Of a stretch of DNA of 64,000 bases, positions 1 through 9,091 are shown piece by piece. Every line of letters begins with the position of its first letter. Within the stretch, counting starts at the first letter, position 1. This DNA comes from Epithemia pelagica (lineage: Eukaryota > Protista > Bacillariophyta). The translations under genes and the position numbers were made by a program. Where the stretch lies: the NCBI GenBank assembly GCA_946965045.2, contig OX337235.1, forward strand, positions 2,728,001 through 2,792,000. Reading direction: 5' to 3'. Below the pieces are notes generated by a model, which was not told where the DNA came from, did not search any database, and worked only from the letters and a program-made list of their open reading frames with translations.

Positions 1-1447
1 ACACATATCCGACGATCCCACTGTACAGGAATCCATTGAATGCGTGTTTGCCTCTCAGTTGGGAGAGAATTTGGCGCTGATGTTGCAGCAAGATGATGAC
101 GATGATGAAGAAAAGAAAGTTGATACGGACGACAAGTCCGGTCTGGTGGCTCCGTCGGTTCTGCAGCAATCCCTTTTGCGGAGTCGTTCCGAGCGTACAA
201 TGGATGCTCAAGCCAGACATGGTAATCAACGGAGACGGAGCAAGAAACTGCAAGAAAGTCTGAAACTAGTCCACGTGAGCACCTTCGATCCCAACGAAAC
301 GACCGACCATTCCACAACGACGGAGAGTGTCAAGGGGGAGCCCAATACGGAAGCACGAGTCTCTCACGCAACCCAATGTCCCTGCTGCCGGCAAAGCACG
401 CCCATTGTAGATCCAAAGCGTTGGCCCCAAAGACCACTCTTGTTACGACCCACCCCCAGTGGAGGTACCGTGGTCAAGGGAATCCGTAAAGTTGGTTCAA
501 CCGAGTACCTCTGGAAGGCTGGACGAGATACCAGACCTTCTGCTCTTACTTGGCCCACGTCATTGAAAAAAGAATGGGGACAGTCTACTACCGATACTGA
601 AACCAATCCCATGGAGGTTATGTGTCCGAGGTGTATGATATTACCCATCAACAATGGGAATGAAGCCTCTGGGGAGTCCTTGGTGACAGATTTTGAGAGT
701 GAACTCTTTGAAGGAACCCTACTTCTTCGAATGAGGGCTACCGAAGGTACGACACCTCAGCCATACAATGACAATATTGGATACTTTCATGGCATGAATC
801 GACGGTATCAAGCAGTGATACACGGACGCTTCAAGAAGGCCATTCCGTTTACCCAATGCCTTACAGGCTTTGTTCTAGATCGACCATGTGGGAAACTCCC
901 TCCCAAATGGATCTTAAAGGGAGGACTCAAAGTGCTAAGTTTCTTTGCTCCCCAGCTACAAGCCCGCTTTGATGGACCCCATCCCAGCAGTTTAACGCCA
1001 CTGGGAAGTACTCCGCAAGTGCTATCCCTGCATGATCACGAGAGACATAACATAGAGAAAATGCAACAAGAACCCACACAAGCAAAACACACGTTGCTCG
1101 GTGAAGCATCGGATTCCACGAGTACTCTTCAACGGGCCAGATATCGCAAAAAGCATTTCGATAAGTTGTTTACTCAGAAGAGCCCTTTTCCAGTTACAGA
1201 CCCCAACAAAGTGTACACATTTGAGTTTCTTCAGCATCTGTTCAATTTCAACGATTTCAGTATCGAGCTTGGATCAATGTTAGGTGCCATCAAACTCAAG
1301 GAAACTCTCGATGGACAACCACTCCAAATAATGGCAATGCTTGGTGAACAGAGAATATGGTCCTTTGATGTTTGGCACGAGGTTCTCATTGAAGAGTCCA
1401 GAAAACACGACAAAAACAACAAACATCCTCAGGCTGGCCAATGCTAG
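1..1447 (+). CDS. DUF1769-like protein; frame is open to the window start, so probably 5'-partial
   Basis: No in-frame stop upstream of position 44. The C-terminal half (FEGTLLLRMR...YFHGMNRRYQAVIHGRFKK...FEFLQHLFNF) resembles DUF1769 from memory; the N-terminus is low-complexity. Confidence 0.6.
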   Translation, partial: HISDDPTVQESIECVFASQLGENLALMLQQDDDDDEEKKVDTDDKSGLVAPSVLQQSLLRSRSERTMDAQARHGNQRRRSKKLQESLKLVHVSTFDPNETTDHSTTTESVKGEPNTEARVSHATQCPCCRQSTPIVDPKRWPQRPLLLRPTPSGGTVVKGIRKVGSTEYLWKAGRDTRPSALTWPTSLKKEWGQSTTDTETNPMEVMCPRCMILPINNGNEASGESLVTDFESELFEGTLLLRMRATEGTTPQPYNDNIGYFHGMNRRYQAVIHGRFKKAIPFTQCLTGFVLDRPCGKLPPKWILKGGLKVLSFFAPQLQARFDGPHPSSLTPLGSTPQVLSLHDHERHNIEKMQQEPTQAKHTLLGEASDSTSTLQRARYRKKHFDKLFTQKSPFPVTDPNKVYTFEFLQHLFNFNDFSIELGSMLGAIKLKETLDGQPLQIMAMLGEQRIWSFDVWHEVLIEESRKHDKNNKHPQAGQC

Positions 1448-1485
1448 CAAGTTTTAAAGTGTTGCCTACTTTGATCATTAATCAA

Positions 1486-4400
1486 TCAATTTTTGCGTCC
1501 TGGCCAGAACTTCTCCTTTAGACTTCGTAGATTTTGAACACGGGACTCAATGAAACTGTCATGCGACACCGAATCGCTTACTTTTGAGGACATTCCGTAA
1601 TCATCTTGAGGGACGTGATCATTTCCCGAGTACTGTTGTTGCTGGGTCCGATTGCGATGTTTTTGCCATGCCTTGATCACAAAGTTGAAAGTCTCACCAG
1701 AGGGGGGAGATCGAATTCGACCGACACGATGTTGTTCGCAGAAGTCACGAAGGTAGGCCTCTGCTTCTTCCGGTATGCCCTCTTGACTTAGCTTTTTAAT
1801 CACGTATCTGTAGGACAGGCCAGTGGGCCTGACAGCCTCTTGGTCTGTATTGGAAAAGTGATTACGCATCGCTTCGAAATAGTCTTTCATTTTCATCCCA
1901 GTACCATGTTGGGCGCATAAACTCATAACAAAATGATAGGAATTGCGATTTGGCGCTACATCAAGTCCTGTAGTGTGGAACAGATATGTCATTTCCCTCA
2001 GCAAAGAATCAGCTCGTTCCAACGCAAGTGACTTCGATTTTTTTGTTTCAGCCCATGCCTTGAGCACGTTGTTAAAACACTCGACATCCGGCATGGCTCG
2101 TTGATTGGCGTTCAATCTATGGTCTTCCAACAATTCCCGAAGTACACTTTCCGCCTTCTCAGCATTAGGTTCGTCTAATTCTGCATATGCAAGGATTGCT
2201 GTATTGTACATGGCAACATCAGGATACATCTCTGTTTGGCCTTCCCTAGCTACCTGGTGCATGTGCTGGATTGTTTCGCAAGCGCGGTCAATCCCCTTCT
2301 CATCCCTGGCAGATCGTATCCATATGAAAGGGATCAATCTTCGTGCCTTTGGATCCAAGCCCTCCTTCGCAATACCTTTCTTCTTCAATTCCGCGAAGCG
2401 TTGTACCAATCTCTCCGCTCGAGCACCGGCTTCCTTGTCACTTTTTGATACTCGAAACCATGATGCCAACACACCCCCAACGAGACTCACAGAAGGTCCT
2501 TCTTCGCCAAAATAACCTTTCTCGCATGCGTCGAAAATACGGTGCAGCCAAGCATCTGCAGCACGCGCTTTATTGTCCTTGGCCAACGCAAGCACAACTC
2601 GAGCAGGGGTTGCGATCTCAAAAAATATGGAGTCATCTAAGAACGCCTCGTACAAAAGTTCTTCCGCCCTCTGAACATTCTCAACACCATCAATTGCGTC
2701 CAAATAGCCACAAATGACGTAGCTATACGACACTCCATCTGGTTTGAATTTAGAGGGATCAGAACCCCAATTATATTTCATCCAACCCAGAAACTCGTCC
2801 GCACGCCTGGCTCCGTCACCTCTATCAGACGAGACAATGGCCGCGAACATCAAATGGTGCAACTGGGCCAATGAATCTTGACCTGATCCTCTCAGCAGGG
2901 TACCCTTCTCATACAGATCATAGACAAGATCAAACACAACGTGCATCCTTTCCATTCTTTCCGGACTATCTGACTTCATCCATCCACTCAAGACATCAGT
3001 GAACATCCCAGTATTTGGTCTCATAATCCTGTCATTGTTCATGTCGTAAAGTTCACATAACTCTACTAAGACTTTTTCTGCCATCTCTGGTTTTCCTGAC
3101 TTTGCGAGAGCCTGAACCACAATAGAATACGAAACATTGTCCGGCCTGAATAAAGCGTCGCCAGTACCGTCCTTCATTGACACCAGAAGTTTGTGGGTTT
3201 GTTCTCCCGCGTCCTCCCGCCCCGACTTAGCCCAACAAGCAAGGACATTGTTGAAAGTTCTTGTTCGTAGCTCGATCGAGAGCCCTTCAAGTACCTGGGA
3301 CTCTTTCAGTCGCAGAAGTAAATTCGTAGACCTTTCCGGAGAGTGCTCGTACCCAGATCTTACCCAAGCCGTGACGGTTGATTCAATCGAAGCAACGTTA
3401 GGCTTGGGTTCTTCAGGGTTTTCATTCCACCTCTCCACAAGAGATGTGAGCATAGATTCCGCTTCTTCGGCACACCCGCCTTTCGAATAAACATCCAACA
3501 TGGCATTGTAAGCGCTTATATCCAAATATGAACAAATCCAAGACTCCTCCGCCATGCTCAAGACTCGTTCTGCTCGCTGTACAGTATCTCGTCTGCCACT
3601 GTTGCTCCAGACATCCAAAACGCCATTCACAAGAAAAAGCATCACCTGTGGGTTGCTTTGATCTTGGCTGCTGACAGCGAGGAAGTCGTCAAACGCTTCG
3701 TCCACCTTCTCGGCTGCCTCGGACGGGTTTGATCTCAACATTGAAGCATTCATCAGGATGGTGACAGTACGTCGGTTCAACTGCAATATACCGAGACCTA
3801 CTAAGCGATTGATCAACGAAGTGACCTGTTTTGGTGTCCAGTGCGTTTCCTTTTCGTTCCATAAGGAATACCAGGTGGAGAGTAATTCCATAACGTTTCT
3901 CTTTTCCATGATCAATGCAAGTTTTTCAGTGGAATCTTTTCTAGTGGTTGCTTCATCCACGAATCGTGCCAGCAGATCAAAGGATGTTTTGACGAAATCC
4001 TCGGATGTTTGCCGGGACAACCAGATGATGACCTCCTCAGCGTTTTTCCAATGCTCTGCCTCCATTGTCCCCACTGGTACATCGAGAATCATCCGCGCAA
4101 CTGCAATCATGTGATTTTCCTTCTCAATACACGTTGTGGGTAGTTCTTGCTCTACCTCTTCTTTTTCAACAGAAACCACTCGAGCCATATTTAAAGGTAA
4201 CTGCGTTCCGCGGTGATACGACGGGCCATTTCGTCGCGCAATTTCCTTATTTGCTTCTACTTGAAGAAACTTTTTGCCCAAAAGATTCTCGATGTGATCG
4301 ACCAATGCATTTGAAGCAGATTGACAGTCTTCCTTGGGCATATTACTTTCGAAAAGTTTCAGAATGTGTCGGGCGGTTCGTTCCACGCTTTCCTTGAACC

Positions 4401-5406
4401 CCGCACTCTGTTGTTTCCAAAGACCAGGCAGTCGATGATCGAGAGTAACGCTCAACCAATACCTTATTGCCTGTGCCACAACCGAAAAAGTTGAGGAAGG
4501 AGTCGAGGATTCAGGAGAAGATGTAATGTGCGAGATTGACTCAATGGAATCACTGAGACTTCGAAAACATAGAAGAAGGGTACCGTCATCCATATGGTCA
4601 ATGTTCCTTTCTTCAAGTAACGGAAATGCCTTTGACAAAAGATTTGACATGTTCGCACAAAGCACAGTGTCTACATCATTATCCATGGACATCAGTTCCT
4701 TCGACATACATCGACAAGCTAACAAATACGTCTCCAAAATGGGTTTCATTGTGAAACTCCATTTCTCCATCATATGAATGACATCATCCGCCAAAGCGCT
4801 AGCTTGCGAACACTTCCTGTCGTCGGCATACGCAAGAAGAAGCTGATCGTAATGCTTCCGTGTAGGTTTATTCTCAATGTCAGAGCCGAACATCTCATCA
4901 AAGTTCTCGAGCACTTGTTGAGCCACCGCTGCTCTTGGGTGATGTTCACTACAGGCTTCCAAAACTAACTCAAATATTTGGCTGTTTCTCGGTCGTATTC
5001 GGCCTCTTCCCCTTGTTTCTGAATCCTTCAACATGGACCACCATCTATTGTACAGATTCACAATGCCTCCAACAAGTTCTTCAGCCTTAATCTCGTTCTT
5101 CACGCCGTCGTCCGACTCTGTGCGGAGAACGGCCATTTCCGCGTTTATCAGCTTCTCGAGTCCATCCAAGTCGAGAGATGCCGACGCTGATCGATCCGAA
5201 TAAGTGGCATTATATGGTTCCATGAGATTGTCGAAGGTGCGGTCAGTTGTCCCCAAGTTCCGATTAGCAACAACGAAATGGTTCGGTACTCGAATACGAA
5301 AAATTCCTCCAACTAAACGGGTAGTCCTTTTCAGATGCGGAAGCATGGACGAACCACTACGATGAAGCTCTATGCATGACTTCGATATTCTTACTGACGA
5401 CAACAT
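1486..5406 (-). CDS. Pentatricopeptide repeat (PPR) protein, probably mitochondrion-targeted
   Basis: 1313-aa ORF in the track starts at GTG 5427; first ATG is 5406. Many ~35-aa PPR motifs (AYNAMLDVYSKGG, TFNNVLACWAKSG, SYSIVVQALAKSG, MYNTAILAYAE, CFNNVLKAWAE). Arg/Ser-rich N-terminus. Confidence 0.85.
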   Translation of the reverse strand: MLSSVRISKSCIELHRSGSSMLPHLKRTTRLVGGIFRIRVPNHFVVANRNLGTTDRTFDNLMEPYNATYSDRSASASLDLDGLEKLINAEMAVLRTESDDGVKNEIKAEELVGGIVNLYNRWWSMLKDSETRGRGRIRPRNSQIFELVLEACSEHHPRAAVAQQVLENFDEMFGSDIENKPTRKHYDQLLLAYADDRKCSQASALADDVIHMMEKWSFTMKPILETYLLACRCMSKELMSMDNDVDTVLCANMSNLLSKAFPLLEERNIDHMDDGTLLLCFRSLSDSIESISHITSSPESSTPSSTFSVVAQAIRYWLSVTLDHRLPGLWKQQSAGFKESVERTARHILKLFESNMPKEDCQSASNALVDHIENLLGKKFLQVEANKEIARRNGPSYHRGTQLPLNMARVVSVEKEEVEQELPTTCIEKENHMIAVARMILDVPVGTMEAEHWKNAEEVIIWLSRQTSEDFVKTSFDLLARFVDEATTRKDSTEKLALIMEKRNVMELLSTWYSLWNEKETHWTPKQVTSLINRLVGLGILQLNRRTVTILMNASMLRSNPSEAAEKVDEAFDDFLAVSSQDQSNPQVMLFLVNGVLDVWSNSGRRDTVQRAERVLSMAEESWICSYLDISAYNAMLDVYSKGGCAEEAESMLTSLVERWNENPEEPKPNVASIESTVTAWVRSGYEHSPERSTNLLLRLKESQVLEGLSIELRTRTFNNVLACWAKSGREDAGEQTHKLLVSMKDGTGDALFRPDNVSYSIVVQALAKSGKPEMAEKVLVELCELYDMNNDRIMRPNTGMFTDVLSGWMKSDSPERMERMHVVFDLVYDLYEKGTLLRGSGQDSLAQLHHLMFAAIVSSDRGDGARRADEFLGWMKYNWGSDPSKFKPDGVSYSYVICGYLDAIDGVENVQRAEELLYEAFLDDSIFFEIATPARVVLALAKDNKARAADAWLHRIFDACEKGYFGEEGPSVSLVGGVLASWFRVSKSDKEAGARAERLVQRFAELKKKGIAKEGLDPKARRLIPFIWIRSARDEKGIDRACETIQHMHQVAREGQTEMYPDVAMYNTAILAYAELDEPNAEKAESVLRELLEDHRLNANQRAMPDVECFNNVLKAWAETKKSKSLALERADSLLREMTYLFHTTGLDVAPNRNSYHFVMSLCAQHGTGMKMKDYFEAMRNHFSNTDQEAVRPTGLSYRYVIKKLSQEGIPEEAEAYLRDFCEQHRVGRIRSPPSGETFNFVIKAWQKHRNRTQQQQYSGNDHVPQDDYGMSSKVSDSVSHDSFIESRVQNLRSLKEKFWPGRKN

Positions 5407-5958
5407 GGTCGTCGTCAGGACTCTCACGGCAACAAGATACAGATACAGTATTCAACATTTCAACTCACATCACATGGCGAATGCGAGAGGTGGATGAATT
5501 ATATGATTGTGGTTTTCCCTCGTTTTTTCCACCTTATCGCAAAGGGGTCGCAGTTCAGTCGACAAAATACGCCAGAAATTCAGAGTAACCCTTACTTACT
5601 ACCTCTAGCGTAGAGGTTTATATTGATCGAAGTAGGTATCTTCTATTCCAGTCTCTCAATCCATTTGTAAAGAGGACATTGATGAAACGGCATAAATGAG
5701 CGCAATGGCCACCGAACTGGTGGAAGTCTTGGACTTGGGCATTGGGCCGATTGATAGGTCGAAATTTTCGTCATTAAAGAAAGCATGAACACAAAGCTCG
5801 GGAACAGGTCGCACGGTTGACAGCAAGATGGCAAAACAAAGGGGCCACTTGAGACTTGAGGTCTATCTTTTTACCTTAGGCATTTACCAGGAACGAACGC
5901 CCATGATCCCTGGAATCAATTGATTACAAGCACGATCCCCTCGACGGCATTTTGGTTC

Positions 5959-8826
5959 TTATTGTTTCGTTGTTTCCAATTCTATTCCCGTCGTTTCTTC
6001 TTGAAGACTTCTTAATCTTCGCACGGACTCGGTGACCATGTCGAAAGTGGAAGTGTTGCTCAATACACCTTGTAACACCGAAGCAGTTTTATCTACATTT
6101 TTCTTTCTCTCCCAAGATGTGATAACTTTGTCGAACCAGTGATTAGGAGGTGGGGACTGAAGAGAACCCTTTTGGAAGTCGGTACATGCATCCCTAAGGT
6201 AGCGCTCTGCCAACTCTGGGTTTCCATCATCACAAAGTGCAAAAATAACATGACGGTAGGAAAGTCCACTCGGCTTGCAGTGATCATTTCCGGAGAGATA
6301 GCATTGTTTCATCTCATCAAAAATTTGCTTCGTTCTTTCCCCGTTCATCGACAACTGGATCGCATACTGGTAAGTCCGTCGATTGGGGTGTACGTCAAGC
6401 TTTCTCGACTTAGAAAGATCCTTCATTTGTTGGATCTTGGCCTCGACTTTAGCGAGTGACACGTATATATCGCTTCCCATTGTCCACCCTCGCAGGACGT
6501 TATTGAACGACTCAACATGGGGCTTTGCTCGTTGATTGTCGTTCAAATAATCATTCAACATTTCCTGTTGGACCTTCTCCGCTTCATATGGCCTATGGGA
6601 AATCGCATACGAATGAATGATCGCACCATACATGCCCTCGTCGGGTATCATTCTTGGGTCACCCTCATCAGCTTTGCGTCGCATAAATTTTAGTACCTCG
6701 TAGGCGCGGTCGATACTGATTGAACTACCCGTCCGAAGCCAGATATGAGGTAAGACCCGAAAAGTTCCCGGATCCGGCTCCATCGCAAGACCTTTTTTGT
6801 ATAGCATCATCATTCTTCTTACTAAATGCTCGGCACGAGATCCTGCATCTCGGTACGTTCTTGCTACTCGAAACCAGGCGCCAATGACAGCACTCAAAAG
6901 ACTATCGGAAGGAATGGAATCACCAAAAACCCTTTTCTCGCTTCCGTCAAATACTCGATTGAGCCAGACGTCAGCGTCGACCGCGGCATCTGCTTTGGCC
7001 AAGGCATGGATGACTCTAGCTGGCGTCTTCAATTCCAGTGCGATTCTCTTGTTCAGAAATGCCTCAAGAAGGAGATGCTCCGCCATCCGAAGTCCACCTG
7101 TTTCCCGTAAGCAGGCACAAATCACACTAGTGTACGAGAAGCCATTGGGGGCAGCCTGTGGCAATCCCTTTGTTGCTTGATTTTTCATCCATTCTAAAAA
7201 TTGATGACCTTTCTTTGCTCCGCTTCTCCCGGATGACGAAAGGACCGAGCAAAGCATCAAATTGTACATCCAGGTATCGGCGGCTTCAAGTAGTATTCCT
7301 TCTTCGTTCAGCTTTCTGGTATCCTCGAGGACCCCCTGAGCATGGTGCTCTTTATTTGGATGGTCGGAGTTTAGCCATGCCTCCACAACAGAAGTAAAAA
7401 TATGGATAGTCGGTCTCAGTCTTTCGTCATGGCTTTCACGATATGCCTGGATGAGCTCACCAGCCACTTTCTCGGCTGCTTGAGGATTTCCATTCTTCGC
7501 ATACGCATCAGCAACGGTTGCATAAGTAACTTTATCGGGAGCAGCATCATATAGGTTGGGATCTTGCATTTCGGTCAGTACATGGTAAGCCTCTTCTCCT
7601 GCATTTTCGCGACCAGACCTTGCCCACGCTGAAAGTAATGAGTTGAAGAATTCAGTGTCCGGAGTTACACTGAGCTTTCCGAGGGGATCATACGGATCCA
7701 TTAATCGATACATGAGTTCTGCAATCTTCTCTGGTGCTTGGGGATCCCCTGAACGTGACCACGCCGACGCAGTGGTTGCAAATGATATCTTATCGGGGGC
7801 AACTCGTCGAGGATTAAGCAGGTAGTCTTTTGCCATTGCCTCCAAAAGCGCTTCAGCTCGTTCTGCAAGTCCCGCTTGAGCATAGACATCCAACATTGTG
7901 TTAAAGGATATAATATCAAGATTCTTTCCCACAGGAGATGTTCGTACTCTTGAGAATATATCTTCTGCTCGCTCAACAGCATCGGCTCGTCCACTTTTGC
8001 TCCATACATTCAAAACACTATTGATAAGGTAGCAGGAAACGCCACTTGGACGTGTCCGACGATCCAGAAAATGAGATAACAATTGATCTGCCACTTCAGC
8101 GGCTTCCATTGGATTGATTCGAACCAACAAAGCATTAATGATATAGGAGAGCAATATGGAAGTAAGTTGAAGCCCTCGTACTTCAGGTGCTTTATTTCCA
8201 AGTTTGTCCATTTCAGACAAAACTCTCGTGGGTGTCCAAGATATTTCTTTTTGTTTCCAAACTTCCCCCCAGTTTACAAGAAAAGTGACAATCAGATTTT
8301 GATCCAAGAACATGGAAAGATTATCTACACCAGCATCGTTTCTCTCCGTTTCTCTGACGAAACGATTCAATAGATCAATAGAAGTATGTATCGATTCTTC
8401 TGTACGTTGGGATATCCACCACTTTAAGGTCTCCTCAGCATCGTACCACACAGATGGATCCATTTGTCCGACAGGTAGTTGCAGCAAACGTGAAGCGTTT
8501 TGTCGCATCAGCTTTGTTTCAGCCTCATTCACAGATTCAATTAACACAACATCACTTATGCTCGTCCGTTTTACGTGACCGATAGCTTCGGAATCTGCCC
8601 GTACAACTTGATTAGTAGATTGACGCGGTTCATGCGTGGTGTGGGAAAATCCATTGGAGAGGTTTACATTTGTACTGAAAAGCTTTTTGCCTCCTCGTCT
8701 TGCGTCTAAATGATTAACAGGCAGTGAAAAAAGAACCCTCCTTCGTGCTCTCGAGCGCTTCAAGAACAACAAAAGTGAAGAGGTCACCAACCTTGACGAT
8801 GCTCCGTCGACCTTCACCGGTGTCAT
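5959..8826 (-). CDS. PPR protein, tandem paralog of 1486-5406
   Basis: PPR motifs (SFNTMLDVYAQAG, FFNSLLSAWARSG, TYATVADAYAKNG, SFNNVLRGW) are collinear with the neighbouring gene and the C-termini are similar. Arg-rich presequence-like N-terminus. Confidence 0.85.
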   Translation of the reverse strand: MTPVKVDGASSRLVTSSLLLFLKRSRARRRVLFSLPVNHLDARRGGKKLFSTNVNLSNGFSHTTHEPRQSTNQVVRADSEAIGHVKRTSISDVVLIESVNEAETKLMRQNASRLLQLPVGQMDPSVWYDAEETLKWWISQRTEESIHTSIDLLNRFVRETERNDAGVDNLSMFLDQNLIVTFLVNWGEVWKQKEISWTPTRVLSEMDKLGNKAPEVRGLQLTSILLSYIINALLVRINPMEAAEVADQLLSHFLDRRTRPSGVSCYLINSVLNVWSKSGRADAVERAEDIFSRVRTSPVGKNLDIISFNTMLDVYAQAGLAERAEALLEAMAKDYLLNPRRVAPDKISFATTASAWSRSGDPQAPEKIAELMYRLMDPYDPLGKLSVTPDTEFFNSLLSAWARSGRENAGEEAYHVLTEMQDPNLYDAAPDKVTYATVADAYAKNGNPQAAEKVAGELIQAYRESHDERLRPTIHIFTSVVEAWLNSDHPNKEHHAQGVLEDTRKLNEEGILLEAADTWMYNLMLCSVLSSSGRSGAKKGHQFLEWMKNQATKGLPQAAPNGFSYTSVICACLRETGGLRMAEHLLLEAFLNKRIALELKTPARVIHALAKADAAVDADVWLNRVFDGSEKRVFGDSIPSDSLLSAVIGAWFRVARTYRDAGSRAEHLVRRMMMLYKKGLAMEPDPGTFRVLPHIWLRTGSSISIDRAYEVLKFMRRKADEGDPRMIPDEGMYGAIIHSYAISHRPYEAEKVQQEMLNDYLNDNQRAKPHVESFNNVLRGWTMGSDIYVSLAKVEAKIQQMKDLSKSRKLDVHPNRRTYQYAIQLSMNGERTKQIFDEMKQCYLSGNDHCKPSGLSYRHVIFALCDDGNPELAERYLRDACTDFQKGSLQSPPPNHWFDKVITSWERKKNVDKTASVLQGVLSNTSTFDMVTESVRRLRSLQEETTGIELETTKQ

Positions 8827-9091
8827 GGATAAATTGTGTATCTGCTAAGAAAATGGATAGATTCTGGATTCTGGACAAAAAAGTGGTCGCGTTTACCGAA
8901 TCGCCCCAAAATCGTAGTCTTAGTTGTAGCTACCTACTCCTACCTCTAGCTAGGAGTAGCTAGTAGAGCTACAATAGTAGAGTAGCTAAGGCTTTTACAC
9001 TTTACGCCGCACACAGTGCGTATTGACCCTTGCCATTTGCCGTTTCTCGCATGACGTGAGAATGTGATACATCTTTGTATTCAAATCATCA

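Noticed and set aside
1606-8963. Numerous antisense or shadow ORFs over the PPR genes (and similarly over CCT3, gag-pol and the LRR gene)
   Set aside because: Explained as off-frame by-products of long real CDSs.
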